A DNA stretch of 63,159 nt, filler included, from Acidimicrobiia bacterium (GTDB taxonomy: Bacteria > Actinomycetota > Acidimicrobiia > Spongiisociales > SHLN01), in the NCBI GenBank assembly GCA_041619515.1. It is 2 parts of 2 records of this genome, joined end to end, with 100 filler letters (N's around TTAATTAATTAA, not from the genome) between each part and the next. Parts side by side here need not be neighbours in the genome. Positions count along the whole stretch, not along the records: positions 1 to 31,814 come from JBFKDW010000004.1; 1 more part is not named here. One strand, 5' to 3'. Position 1 is the stretch's first letter. The number at the start of each line of letters is the position of its first letter. The position numbers and the translations under genes were made by a program. Of the stretch, positions 18,114 to 26,624 are shown piece after piece. A model generated the notes under the pieces. That model made no database searches and was not told where the DNA came from. It worked only from the letters and a program-made list of their open reading frames with translations.

Positions 18114-20747
18114 CTACCCACCGCCGGCCTCCGGGCTCCGGGCCACCTGGTGCATCCGGTCCGCCGCCAGGTTGCGCAGCGTGACCGATGAGCCGTCCAG
18201 CCATCGAACCGTCACCTCCGGTATGGCGACCGTGTCTCCGACCCCGAAATGGATGCGGTAGTCCTCACCGGCCAGATAGCTGCTTCCGGCGTGCACCTCC
18301 CGCCGGAGCACGGTGCCGTCGGGAAGCGTCAGCGACGCCACCGCCCCCGGCTCCGGCGATGCGAAGCCGATGCCAAGCCAGTGCCCGGTTGCTCCCGTGT
18401 TCTCGAGCAGGATCCCCTTTCCTCCGATCACGTTGACGGCCACGTCGAGGTCGCCGTCGTTGTCGTAGTCGGCGACCGCGCTGCCGCGCCCGATGACGGG
18501 CCCGACGGCGTCGAGTCCCACCGTTTGGGTCCAATCCCGAAAGGTGCCGGGGAAGCCCTCTGCCAGGCGGTTGCCGTACAGCCGGATCAGCTCCGGATCG
18601 GTTTCCAGGTTGGTGATCGGGACCCGGCCGTGGGCGATGAGGAGATCGAGGTCGGTGTCGTTGTCGAAATCGCCCCAGGTGGCCCCCCACGCCGTCTTGT
18701 TGTTGCCGAGCCCGACCATTCCGATGCGATGGGTGGAGTACCGGAAGCTGATCGAGCCGCCGGCCGTCTGGTTGCGGTAGAGGGCATTCAACTCTGCCTC
18801 CCAGTTGGTCACGAGCATGTCGAACAGCCCGTCCTGGTCGTAGTCACCGCCTGCTACGCCCATCCCGCTTCCCGAGTCACCCACCCCGGCCTCGTCGGTC
18901 ACATCCACGAAGGCGGGGAGACGGCCGGTGGTGTCGTTGCGGTAGAGCCGGTTGGGCTGCCCATCGTTGGCGACGTACAGATCGAGGTCCCCGTCGCCGT
19001 CGACATCGGTGAACAGCGCGCCCAGGGCACGATCGGCGGCCGTCAAGCCGGCCGCAACGGTCACGTCCTCGAAGCGGAGCCCGTCGCCCCCGGTGTTGAG
19101 GTAGAGACGGTCGTGGATTCCCAGGTAGTCCTGGGGGAAGGCGCCGCTCGGCTTGTCGATCTTGCGTTCGAGATCGATGTAGGCACCCACGAACAAGTCG
19201 GGTCGCCCGTCGGCGTTTACGTCCCCGACCACCGCCGCGCTGTTCCACTCGGGGGCGTTGACTCCGGCCGAGGCCGCAATCTCTTCGAAGGTTCCGTCCC
19301 CGCGGTTGCGCAGCAATGCGTTAGGGCCGTCGGCGGTGACATAGAGGTCGACCCACCCGTCGCCGTCGAAGTCGGCCCCGACGCATCCGTTGCCCCGCAG
19401 TGCCAGATTGGTCCCGGTCTCCCCACTGACGTCCTCGAAGGTTCCCTCCCGATTCCGGTACAGACGGTTGGTAGGGATGCCCCCGTTCCTCAGCCACCAG
19501 CCGGCCTCGATGGTGGCGTGGCTGTTCACGAAGTAGAGGTCGAGCCAGCCGTCGTTGTCGTAGTCGAGCCAGCACAGCCCGGCCCCCATCATGGCGACCG
19601 GGTCCGCCGAGAGGCCGTTGATGAATGACCCGTGCTGGAAGTCGATCCCGACCGACGCCGCCACGTCCGCCAACCCCCATTCCGGCGCCGCCTGCGGCTC
19701 TCCCGGCTGATCCGTCCAGGTCAGGTGGAGGACCCGGCCGGAGAAGATCTCACTCACGTACAGGGTCCCGTCGGGGGCCGGCAGCACTGCCCCGGGAAAG
19801 TCGAGGCCGTCCAGGACCTCGTCGAGGGTTCCGTCGGGGAGGAGCCGGCTCAGCCGCCCCGTCCCGGCTTGGTAACCCTCACCGGTGAAGCATGACGCGT
19901 CCCGGTCGAAGCGGGCGAACTCCAGGATCCAGATGGTTCCATCCCCGGCGATGGAGACATCGATGGGCATGTCGAGGCCGTCGACGACCACTCGTTCTCC
20001 CCGCTCCTCGTCGATGGCGACGATCCGGCCTGCCCCTTCCGGGTACGGGCAGCCCCCGGTGAGAGCGACGTAATACTCGTTCCCAACCCGGGCGATCCCG
20101 GTGGGGACCGGGTCGATCTCCAGGGTTTGCTGCTCGGGATCGCGCAACGGGCCGAAGCGGTGGATGAAGCGGGTGGTGCCGTCCGGGTTGACCGTGGCCA
20201 CGCCGTTCTCGGTGGCGTCGGCCACTACCGGCCGTCCGTCGGCGGCGAATGCGATGTCGAAGCCGTTGCGGATGGTGACCTCGTTGAGCGGCACCATGGT
20301 GCGCCCGAGGTCATCGGGACCGAGGGGGTCTTGCGCCTTGGCGGCCGGCAGCAGCTCGGTGTCGACTGGGAATGTCAGGAGAGCTCCGGCTCCGAAATGG
20401 GTGATGTACGCGGTGGTGCCGTCGGGGGACACGCCGACCAGGGGGACTCCCGAGAGGTCGCCGGCATCGCGGCTGCTCGGCAGTCCGGACACCACCCGCC
20501 CCACCCGGCCATCGGTGGTGATCACGCTCACCCCGGCGCTGGTATCGCCAGCCCCGGTGCCTTCCTCGGCGACGAGAATGGCGCCGTCGGGCAGCAGCGC
20601 CAGGCCGACCGGGTTGACCAGCCCTTCGGCGGCGACACGGACTGTGGGCGCAGGCAGCGGCGCAATCGCGTCGCCGTCACCGTCGCCCGAACAGGCCCCT
20701 GCCGCCAGCAGGAGGGCGATGAGCCACCCGGGGTGGCGGCGCTTCAC
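18114..20747 (-). CDS. Lipoprotein fusing a ScyD/ScyE-like beta-propeller to a CRTAC1-type FG-GAP/ASPIC-UnbV region
   Basis: Lipobox AGAC. N-half has GLVNPVGLA.LPDG.ILVAE.G and DPVPTGIA; C-half has repeated D(Y/F/V)D(N/G)DG.LDL(Y/F)V and terminal GSSYLAG..RIHFGVG..V.VRW.DG. Confidence 0.8.
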   Translation of the reverse strand: MKRRHPGWLIALLLAAGACSGDGDGDAIAPLPAPTVRVAAEGLVNPVGLALLPDGAILVAEEGTGAGDTSAGVSVITTDGRVGRVVSGLPSSRDAGDLSGVPLVGVSPDGTTAYITHFGAGALLTFPVDTELLPAAKAQDPLGPDDLGRTMVPLNEVTIRNGFDIAFAADGRPVVADATENGVATVNPDGTTRFIHRFGPLRDPEQQTLEIDPVPTGIARVGNEYYVALTGGCPYPEGAGRIVAIDEERGERVVVDGLDMPIDVSIAGDGTIWILEFARFDRDASCFTGEGYQAGTGRLSRLLPDGTLDEVLDGLDFPGAVLPAPDGTLYVSEIFSGRVLHLTWTDQPGEPQAAPEWGLADVAASVGIDFQHGSFINGLSADPVAMMGAGLCWLDYDNDGWLDLYFVNSHATIEAGWWLRNGGIPTNRLYRNREGTFEDVSGETGTNLALRGNGCVGADFDGDGWVDLYVTADGPNALLRNRGDGTFEEIAASAGVNAPEWNSAAVVGDVNADGRPDLFVGAYIDLERKIDKPSGAFPQDYLGIHDRLYLNTGGDGLRFEDVTVAAGLTAADRALGALFTDVDGDGDLDLYVANDGQPNRLYRNDTTGRLPAFVDVTDEAGVGDSGSGMGVAGGDYDQDGLFDMLVTNWEAELNALYRNQTAGGSISFRYSTHRIGMVGLGNNKTAWGATWGDFDNDTDLDLLIAHGRVPITNLETDPELIRLYGNRLAEGFPGTFRDWTQTVGLDAVGPVIGRGSAVADYDNDGDLDVAVNVIGGKGILLENTGATGHWLGIGFASPEPGAVASLTLPDGTVLRREVHAGSSYLAGEDYRIHFGVGDTVAIPEVTVRWLDGSSVTLRNLAADRMHQVARSPEAGGG

Positions 20748-21817
20748 GTTCCCGCCGCGCCGGCCCGTTCGGAGAGCAGATCCAGCAGGATGTCGGGTCG
20801 GTCGGTTATCAGGCCGTCCACTCCCAGCTCGATGAGACCGATCATGTCTGTCCGGTCGTTGACGGTCCAGGGGATCACCTCGAGTCCGGCATCATGGGCC
20901 GCGTCCAAGCTATCGCGGTTGACGGCATCCAGGTTCGGCGACCAGATCGCAGCGCCGCGCGAGGCGAGGTCGGCGGCGTCGACCGGGTCGCGCACAGACA
21001 GCGCCGCCAGTCGAATGCTGGGGTCCTCGGCGTGCACTGCCCACAGCGACCGGTGGTCGAAGCTCTGGATGACCACGCGGTCGGTGAGGCCCCTCTCGCC
21101 AACGTCGGCGAGGATCGCCAGCTCGAACGGTCCGGCGGTTTCGCCGTCGAAGCCGTCTCCGATGGTCTCCGGCGCGTTCGGTTTGCGTTTGGTCTCCACG
21201 TTGAAGGCAACCTGTGCTGCGGTGTCCCGTTGTTGTTCGGTCTTGGCGGGATCTGAGGCGTAGGCGGCTACGAAGTCGAACAGCTCGGCGAGGGTGACGA
21301 TCCCGTAGTCGTCGCCGGCCAGCGTCGTCGGATCGGCGTCCTGGTCCGGATAGGTGGCCGGCGACGGATTGCGGTCACAGCGATACCCCCGGAGTTGAGC
21401 CAGGTCGAGGCTGGCGATCATGCGCCCCCCATCGGGAACCAGGACATCATCCGGGTCGGGAACGTCGTCTGGTGCCCCGGCGGCGAGGCCGCATTTCTCC
21501 CGATCGATTGTCGCGTCGTGCCACACGACGACCTCGCCGTCCGCCGTGAAGTGAAGGTCGAGCTCGAGCGTGGACACGCCCAGGTCGAGGGCGGCCTCGA
21601 AAGCGGGAAGGGTGTTCTCCGGCTTGAGCCCGCGTGCGCCCCGGTGTCCCTGCACATCCAGTGGTGCCATGGGGTCTACCGGCGCTTCGGCGATCGTGGA
21701 AGTGGTCGATTCCGCCCCGTCACCCGTCGTCGACGAGGCGGCGCCGTCGCCTCCACACCCCGCCAGCATGAGAACGACCCCGATGGCAAGCGCCCAGCGC
21801 GGGCCGGCCGGCGATAT
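20744..21817 (-). CDS. Glycerophosphodiester phosphodiesterase lipoprotein (start uncertain: ATA 21817 or ATG 21769)
   Basis: Motifs QGHRGARGLKPENTLPAF, LELDLH..DG.VVV.HD, NVETK, IQSFD, PWTVND and GVDGLITDRPD; lipobox LAGC. Confidence 0.88.
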   Translation of the reverse strand: MSPAGPRWALAIGVVLMLAGCGGDGAASSTTGDGAESTTSTIAEAPVDPMAPLDVQGHRGARGLKPENTLPAFEAALDLGVSTLELDLHFTADGEVVVWHDATIDREKCGLAAGAPDDVPDPDDVLVPDGGRMIASLDLAQLRGYRCDRNPSPATYPDQDADPTTLAGDDYGIVTLAELFDFVAAYASDPAKTEQQRDTAAQVAFNVETKRKPNAPETIGDGFDGETAGPFELAILADVGERGLTDRVVIQSFDHRSLWAVHAEDPSIRLAALSVRDPVDAADLASRGAAIWSPNLDAVNRDSLDAAHDAGLEVIPWTVNDRTDMIGLIELGVDGLITDRPDILLDLLSERAGAAGT

Positions 21818-21833
21818 GCGATCGCCGGCCGGC
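21803..21833. repeat. Perfect 13-bp inverted repeat (hairpin) downstream of ugpB
   Basis: GCCGGCCGGCGAT-atgcg-ATCGCCGGCCGGC. Confidence 0.85.
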
Positions 21834-21859
21834 TCCGCCGAGTTCGTCCGTTTCTCGAT

Positions 21860-23272
21860 TTACTCGAAGAAGGCGTTGTAGTCCGACAGCGCCTGGTTGG
21901 CCCGCTCGGCGGCGGCGTCGAGCGCCTCCTGCGGCGTCTTGCCGCCGTCGAGGACTTCGCTGTATGCCTCGACGATGATCCGGCGGATCTCCGGGAACGG
22001 TCCGGCCCGGCCGCCGAGCACCGCGTAGTTCGTCGAGCCGTCGGCGTTCTTGGTGTTCGTGGTCGCCAGCTGTTCGATGGCGGTCACGAAGTTCGGGTTC
22101 TCGGACCAGAACGTCGCCAGGTCGGCGGGCGGGCTGTCCTGGAGCGACGCCAGGACAGGGAAGTACCCGGTGCCGGTGTGCCAGGTCACCTGCTGGTCGG
22201 CCTCGGTCATGAATTTCATGAAGTCCCAGGCTGCTGCATTGACCGCGTCGTCGCCCGAGTCGATGAGCCACAGGGCGGCACCACCGATGACGACGCCGTT
22301 GCGCTCACTCGAGTTGCTATGCGGGATGAACGCCGTCTTCACCTCGAATTCGGCGTTGTCCTGGAATCCCCGTGCTCCAGAGGTGGAGTCGAAGATCATG
22401 GCCGCTTCGCCTGCGAAGAACACGCTGTCGGTGTCCGACCAGGTAGCTCCCAGGTTGGGGGCGTGGCCGTCGGCGATCAGGCCGGTGAGGAAATCGAAGA
22501 CCTCCACCCCCTGGCCCTTGTTGAACTCGACCTCGGTGGCGCGGGCGGTGCGGCCGTTGTCGTTGTTGAAGTAGAGCCCGCCACTGTTGGCGAGGATCTG
22601 CTCGAAGTACCAGCCGACGGTTCCGAACGTCACACAGAACTGGGTTCCGGCCTGTTCGATTGCCTCGCAGGTGGCGAGGAAGTCATCGAAGTCCCAATCC
22701 GGTGCCGGTGGATCGATGCCGGCGTCGGCGAACTTGTCGGCGTTGTAGTACACGATGGGTGTGCTGGAGTTGAAGGCAAGCGCCACCATGCCCGTCTCGT
22801 CCGAGTAGTAGTCGCGCGGGGCAGCCAGATAGGAGTCGGCGTCTCCCGCGGCCATCAGCTGCCAGGCCGGCACCAGTTTGCCGGTATCGAACATGGTCTG
22901 GGCGGCCAGGTCGAAGTTCTGGGTGATGTTGGGCGCCGTGCCCGCATCGAAGGAGGCCAGCAGCGCGTTGTAGGTGTCGTCGTAGCTGCCCTGGAAGGTG
23001 GCGTTCACCTGGACGTTGTCCTGGCTGGCGTTGTACCGGTCGACCAGCTCGTCGACGACGGCGCCGAGATCGTCTGCCATCGCGTGCCAGAACTCGATCT
23101 CGATCGCCTCGGCCGTCGCTACCGTGGTTGGTGGCGTCCCAGACGCAGTTGTCGTGGTCGCGCCGGAGTCGCCGGCAGTGGTCGTGGTCGCTTCGCCTGA
23201 GTCGTCGCCGCCGCAGGCGGCCGCGATCATCGCAAACACCACCATCAGTATCAACCATCTTGCTCTTCTCAT
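21860..23272 (-). CDS. ugpB: ABC substrate-binding lipoprotein, UgpB-like (sn-glycerol-3-phosphate/glycerophosphodiester)
   Basis: Lipobox AAAC; UgpB-typical EIEFWHAM, FQGSYDDT, FNSSTPIVYYN, IGGAALW and WHTGTGYFPV. Confidence 0.8.
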   Translation of the reverse strand: MRRARWLILMVVFAMIAAACGGDDSGEATTTTAGDSGATTTTASGTPPTTVATAEAIEIEFWHAMADDLGAVVDELVDRYNASQDNVQVNATFQGSYDDTYNALLASFDAGTAPNITQNFDLAAQTMFDTGKLVPAWQLMAAGDADSYLAAPRDYYSDETGMVALAFNSSTPIVYYNADKFADAGIDPPAPDWDFDDFLATCEAIEQAGTQFCVTFGTVGWYFEQILANSGGLYFNNDNGRTARATEVEFNKGQGVEVFDFLTGLIADGHAPNLGATWSDTDSVFFAGEAAMIFDSTSGARGFQDNAEFEVKTAFIPHSNSSERNGVVIGGAALWLIDSGDDAVNAAAWDFMKFMTEADQQVTWHTGTGYFPVLASLQDSPPADLATFWSENPNFVTAIEQLATTNTKNADGSTNYAVLGGRAGPFPEIRRIIVEAYSEVLDGGKTPQEALDAAAERANQALSDYNAFFE

Positions 23273-23300
23273 CCCGGTCTTTCCTCTCATGTTGTCGGTC

Positions 23301-24191
23301 CTATCCCTTCAAACCGCTTGCTGCGATGCCTTTGACGAGTTGCTTCTGCGCCACGATAAACACAATCAGCGTGGGAATCATCACGATGACCGCCCCGGCC
23401 ATGATTGCACCCCAGTCGGTGGCGCGCTCCTGGTTGACGAGGAAGAAGCGAATGCCGATCTGAGCGGTCCGCATGTTCTCTTCGTTCGTGATGATGAGCG
23501 GCCACAGGTACTGGTTCCAGGCGCTGAGGAATGCGAAGATCGTGAACGCCGAGATGGCTCCCTTGCTGAGGGGCGCCATCACCGTCCAGAGGTACCTCCA
23601 GTCGCTGGCACCGTCGATCTTGGCTGCGTCGTAGAGGTCGCGGGGGATCGACATGAAGAACTGCCGCATCATGAACACGCCGAAGGCGCTGGCGAGGAAC
23701 GGCACGGTCAGTCCCGCATAGGTGTTGGCCCACCCGAGGTCGGAGATGAGGAGGAAGTTGGGGATGAACGTCAACTCGAACGGCACAATGAGACTGCCGA
23801 TGAGTATTGCGAACAGAGCGTTCTTGAAGCGGAATTCGAACATGGCGAAGGCGTAGCCGGCGAGGATGCTGAAGAGCACCTGGGCCGCGGTAATGATCCC
23901 CGTCTGGATGAAGCTGTTGAGAATGAACCGGCCGAAGGGGGTGGCGTTCCAGGCCTTCTCGTAGCCGGCGAAGGTCCAGGTGTCGGGGAGCAGGGTGGGG
24001 TTTGCCCGGGATACGAGCTCACGAAGCGGAGTGAAGCTGATGAAGAAGGCGATGATGATGGGCGTGGCGATCGCCAGGCCGATCACGAGCAGCGTCAGAT
24101 GGACGGGGAGGTCGGCGAACCGCCGCCCGGACGGAGTGTGCTCCGGGTGGGTGGCTTTGGCTTGGTCGAGCGTGAACGATTCTGCCGTCAT
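23301..24191 (-). CDS. ugpE: Carbohydrate ABC permease, UgpE-like
   Basis: EAA loop LYDAAKIDGA and FLSAWNQYLWPLI. Confidence 0.8.
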   Translation of the reverse strand: MTAESFTLDQAKATHPEHTPSGRRFADLPVHLTLLVIGLAIATPIIIAFFISFTPLRELVSRANPTLLPDTWTFAGYEKAWNATPFGRFILNSFIQTGIITAAQVLFSILAGYAFAMFEFRFKNALFAILIGSLIVPFELTFIPNFLLISDLGWANTYAGLTVPFLASAFGVFMMRQFFMSIPRDLYDAAKIDGASDWRYLWTVMAPLSKGAISAFTIFAFLSAWNQYLWPLIITNEENMRTAQIGIRFFLVNQERATDWGAIMAGAVIVMIPTLIVFIVAQKQLVKGIAASGLKG

Positions 24192-25129
24192 TGGTAATGC
24201 ACCCTTCCCCGCAGACCGCGGAAGTTCACGACGGAGATGCCGATGATCATGACGGCGAGGAGGAAGGCCTGGGCCGACGCCCGGCCGACGAAGCGGGTGC
24301 CGACGAAGCCGTCGACGAACACCTGATAGACGAGGTTGGTGGTGCCGCGGCCCGGCCCGCCGTCGGTGAGGATGTTGATCTCGCCGAAGGCTTGCAGGCT
24401 GATGATGACGTTGACAACAGCCAGGAAGAACAAGGTCGGCGAGAGCATCGGCAGGGTGATGTGCCAGATCCGCCTAAAGGTACCGGCCCCATCGACCTTG
24501 GCAGCTTCGTAGAGCTGCTCGTCGATGCTCTGGATTCCGGCGAGGGCAATGATGACGTTGAAGCCGAGCTGGCGCCACACAACGGTGATGGTCACCGCAA
24601 CTACCGCCCATGATTGCTCGTTCAGCCAGTTGGGCCCGTCGACGCCGATCAGGCTCAGCCAGTAGTTGAAGAAGCCGACCACCGGGTTGTAGAGCAGCTT
24701 GAACAGGGTGCCGGCGATGGCGCTGGAGATGACGACGGGAACGAAGATGAGTGTGCGGTAGAGGCCGTTGAGCCGTTTGAGGGGATAGGCCAGCAGGATG
24801 GCGATGGCCACCGCCAACCCGATGCCGACGGGGACGGTCCCGATCATGAAGTAGACCGACACCTTCACCGTGTCCCAGAAATCCGGACTCGTCAGCAGGC
24901 GGCGATAGTTGTCGAAGCCCACCCCGATCTCCTGGCTCCCGAACGGGGCCACCCGGTTGAGGCTGAGGCGGAACGACTCGATGATCGGGAAGTAGACGAA
25001 GACGGCGAGGATGAAGAAGGTCGGGAACAGGTAGAGGTAGGCCTTGCCCGTCGTGCCCCACCCTGGGCGGGAGCGACGCTTTCGAGGGATTGCCCCAGTC
25101 GCCGGCGTCTTCTCGATCGTCGTTGCCAA
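24188..25129 (-). CDS. ugpA: Carbohydrate ABC permease, UgpA-like
   Basis: EAA loop LYEAAKVDGA, GFDNY and ITLPMLSPT. TTG start chosen because GGAGG lies upstream. Confidence 0.8.
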   Translation of the reverse strand: MATTIEKTPATGAIPRKRRSRPGWGTTGKAYLYLFPTFFILAVFVYFPIIESFRLSLNRVAPFGSQEIGVGFDNYRRLLTSPDFWDTVKVSVYFMIGTVPVGIGLAVAIAILLAYPLKRLNGLYRTLIFVPVVISSAIAGTLFKLLYNPVVGFFNYWLSLIGVDGPNWLNEQSWAVVAVTITVVWRQLGFNVIIALAGIQSIDEQLYEAAKVDGAGTFRRIWHITLPMLSPTLFFLAVVNVIISLQAFGEINILTDGGPGRGTTNLVYQVFVDGFVGTRFVGRASAQAFLLAVMIIGISVVNFRGLRGRVHYQ

Positions 25130-25320
25130 GTCCCTGCTTCCTCCATGGGCGGACAACTCCGAGAGACCCTAGCGGAGCTTTCGCGGAGGTTCACGTGGAG
25201 TTACCCGGTCGGTGGCGGAGTCCGCCCGGCGGTTGCATGCGTGGTTGACCCGATCTTCCCGCCGGTGCACCATACACTGCCGGCCATGGATCGCCGCCCC
25301 GGTGCCCTCGGCCAGTCGTG

Positions 25321-25983
25321 ATGTTCCGATATACGGCAACGCAGCGGAGGTTTTTTCGCCTGAAGTTCGCCGGCCATCAGCTGAAATGGCGGTGGCGGGG
25401 CACCGAGATGACGATGACGATGATGCAGGAAACCATGTGTGGGCATGGATTTCCCGTGGGACGGGCCGACGGCGTATGGGGGCCGCTGACCTCGGCGGCC
25501 GTTGAGCGCTTCCAAGCCGCCTTCAACGGCGGCAGAGCCGGATTGGACCTGCTCGCCGTCGACGGTGAGCTCGGTCCCAAGACCCGGGCCGCGCTGTGGG
25601 AGCTGCCCTTCTTGTCGGAGCATTTCACCGCACTCGAGTGCGCCTCCAAGGGAAACGGCGACGCCTACGTCAGGCGGGAGCTACTGGCGGCTCTCGAGGC
25701 ACTCAGGGGAGTGTTGGGCAAGCCGATCAGGCTGGTGAGCTGCTATCGGGATCCCGACCACAACCGGAGGGTCGGCGGCGCCTCGGGCAGCCGCCACCTG
25801 TTCGGCGAGGCCGCCGATATCAGTCGCCGGCTCAACCTCGGGCTCGATCGGGCGAAGAGCCAGATGCTGTGGAGCGGCCTCGGATACTTGAGCCGCACCA
25901 GGCGCGTCGTCCACGTCGATGTTCGCCATGTTTCGGGGAACGGGAGCGTGCAGAACCCCACCACCTGGCGCTACCCCGAGTGA
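25321..25983 (+). CDS. Peptidoglycan-binding domain + M15A-type peptidase (endolysin-like); start uncertain (25321 or 25408)
   Basis: PG_binding_1 repeats DGVWGPLT..AV.RFQ and L.VDGELGPKT; catalytic SCYR...HN..VGGA..SRHLFGEAADI and VHVDVR. Confidence 0.8.
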   Translation: MFRYTATQRRFFRLKFAGHQLKWRWRGTEMTMTMMQETMCGHGFPVGRADGVWGPLTSAAVERFQAAFNGGRAGLDLLAVDGELGPKTRAALWELPFLSEHFTALECASKGNGDAYVRRELLAALEALRGVLGKPIRLVSCYRDPDHNRRVGGASGSRHLFGEAADISRRLNLGLDRAKSQMLWSGLGYLSRTRRVVHVDVRHVSGNGSVQNPTTWRYPE

Positions 25984-26089
25984 CGGCCGCCGCCGGCACC
26001 AGCAGGCGGCTGCGCGGGCCGGACAAAGCCTTGCCGGGTCCGTTGCGTACGGCGGGCGCCCGCTCGATTCCGGTAGGCTGTGACCCACG

Positions 26090-26620
26090 ATGACCAGTGA
26101 TCGGTCGCCGGAGGGGCGCGACATTGGGGCGGCTTGGGGTCGAGCGAGCATCGCCCGGATCAAGGCGGTCGACGCCGTGAGGCACTTGCTGCGACGACCC
26201 CGATCTATCCGATTGACCTTTCGGTTCGATGATTCCGGCATCAGGATCATCGACCGGACACCGAGGCTCAAGCCGGCTCGCGTCAGCGAGCCGCTGGCCA
26301 CCCCGCCGCACCCGGCCAAGATCATTGCCGAGGTCCGGTCGCCGCAGGGCGCTCCGGTGTTTCGGGCGACGCTCAACGACCCCATTCCACAGAGCGTCGA
26401 GATCTTCGAACCGGACGGGAGGCCGCAGCGCGTCGCCTCGGTTCGCTCGACCGGGGTGTTCAGCGTCGTCGTTCCGGTGGACAGGCGGGCCGATCACATC
26501 GTGATCGAGGCCGGCGAGAACGTCAGGCTGGCGCAGGAGCCGTTCGCACTGCTGCCGGAGGCCGAGCCGCGCCGCCGGGTTCTCGGCCGGTTTCCGTTGA
26601 GAAAGGGACGGTGGGGGTGA
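26090..26620 (+). CDS. Hypothetical Arg/Pro-rich protein upstream of the M64 peptidase
   Basis: Coherent ORF 4 nt from the next gene, with TAGGCT upstream. No recognisable motif. Confidence 0.6.
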   Translation: MTSDRSPEGRDIGAAWGRASIARIKAVDAVRHLLRRPRSIRLTFRFDDSGIRIIDRTPRLKPARVSEPLATPPHPAKIIAEVRSPQGAPVFRATLNDPIPQSVEIFEPDGRPQRVASVRSTGVFSVVVPVDRRADHIVIEAGENVRLAQEPFALLPEAEPRRRVLGRFPLRKGRWG

Positions 26621-26624
26621 GACC

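Noticed and set aside
25321..25983. Prophage remnant suggested by the endolysin-like gene
   Set aside because: No holin, structural, integrase or other phage genes nearby.
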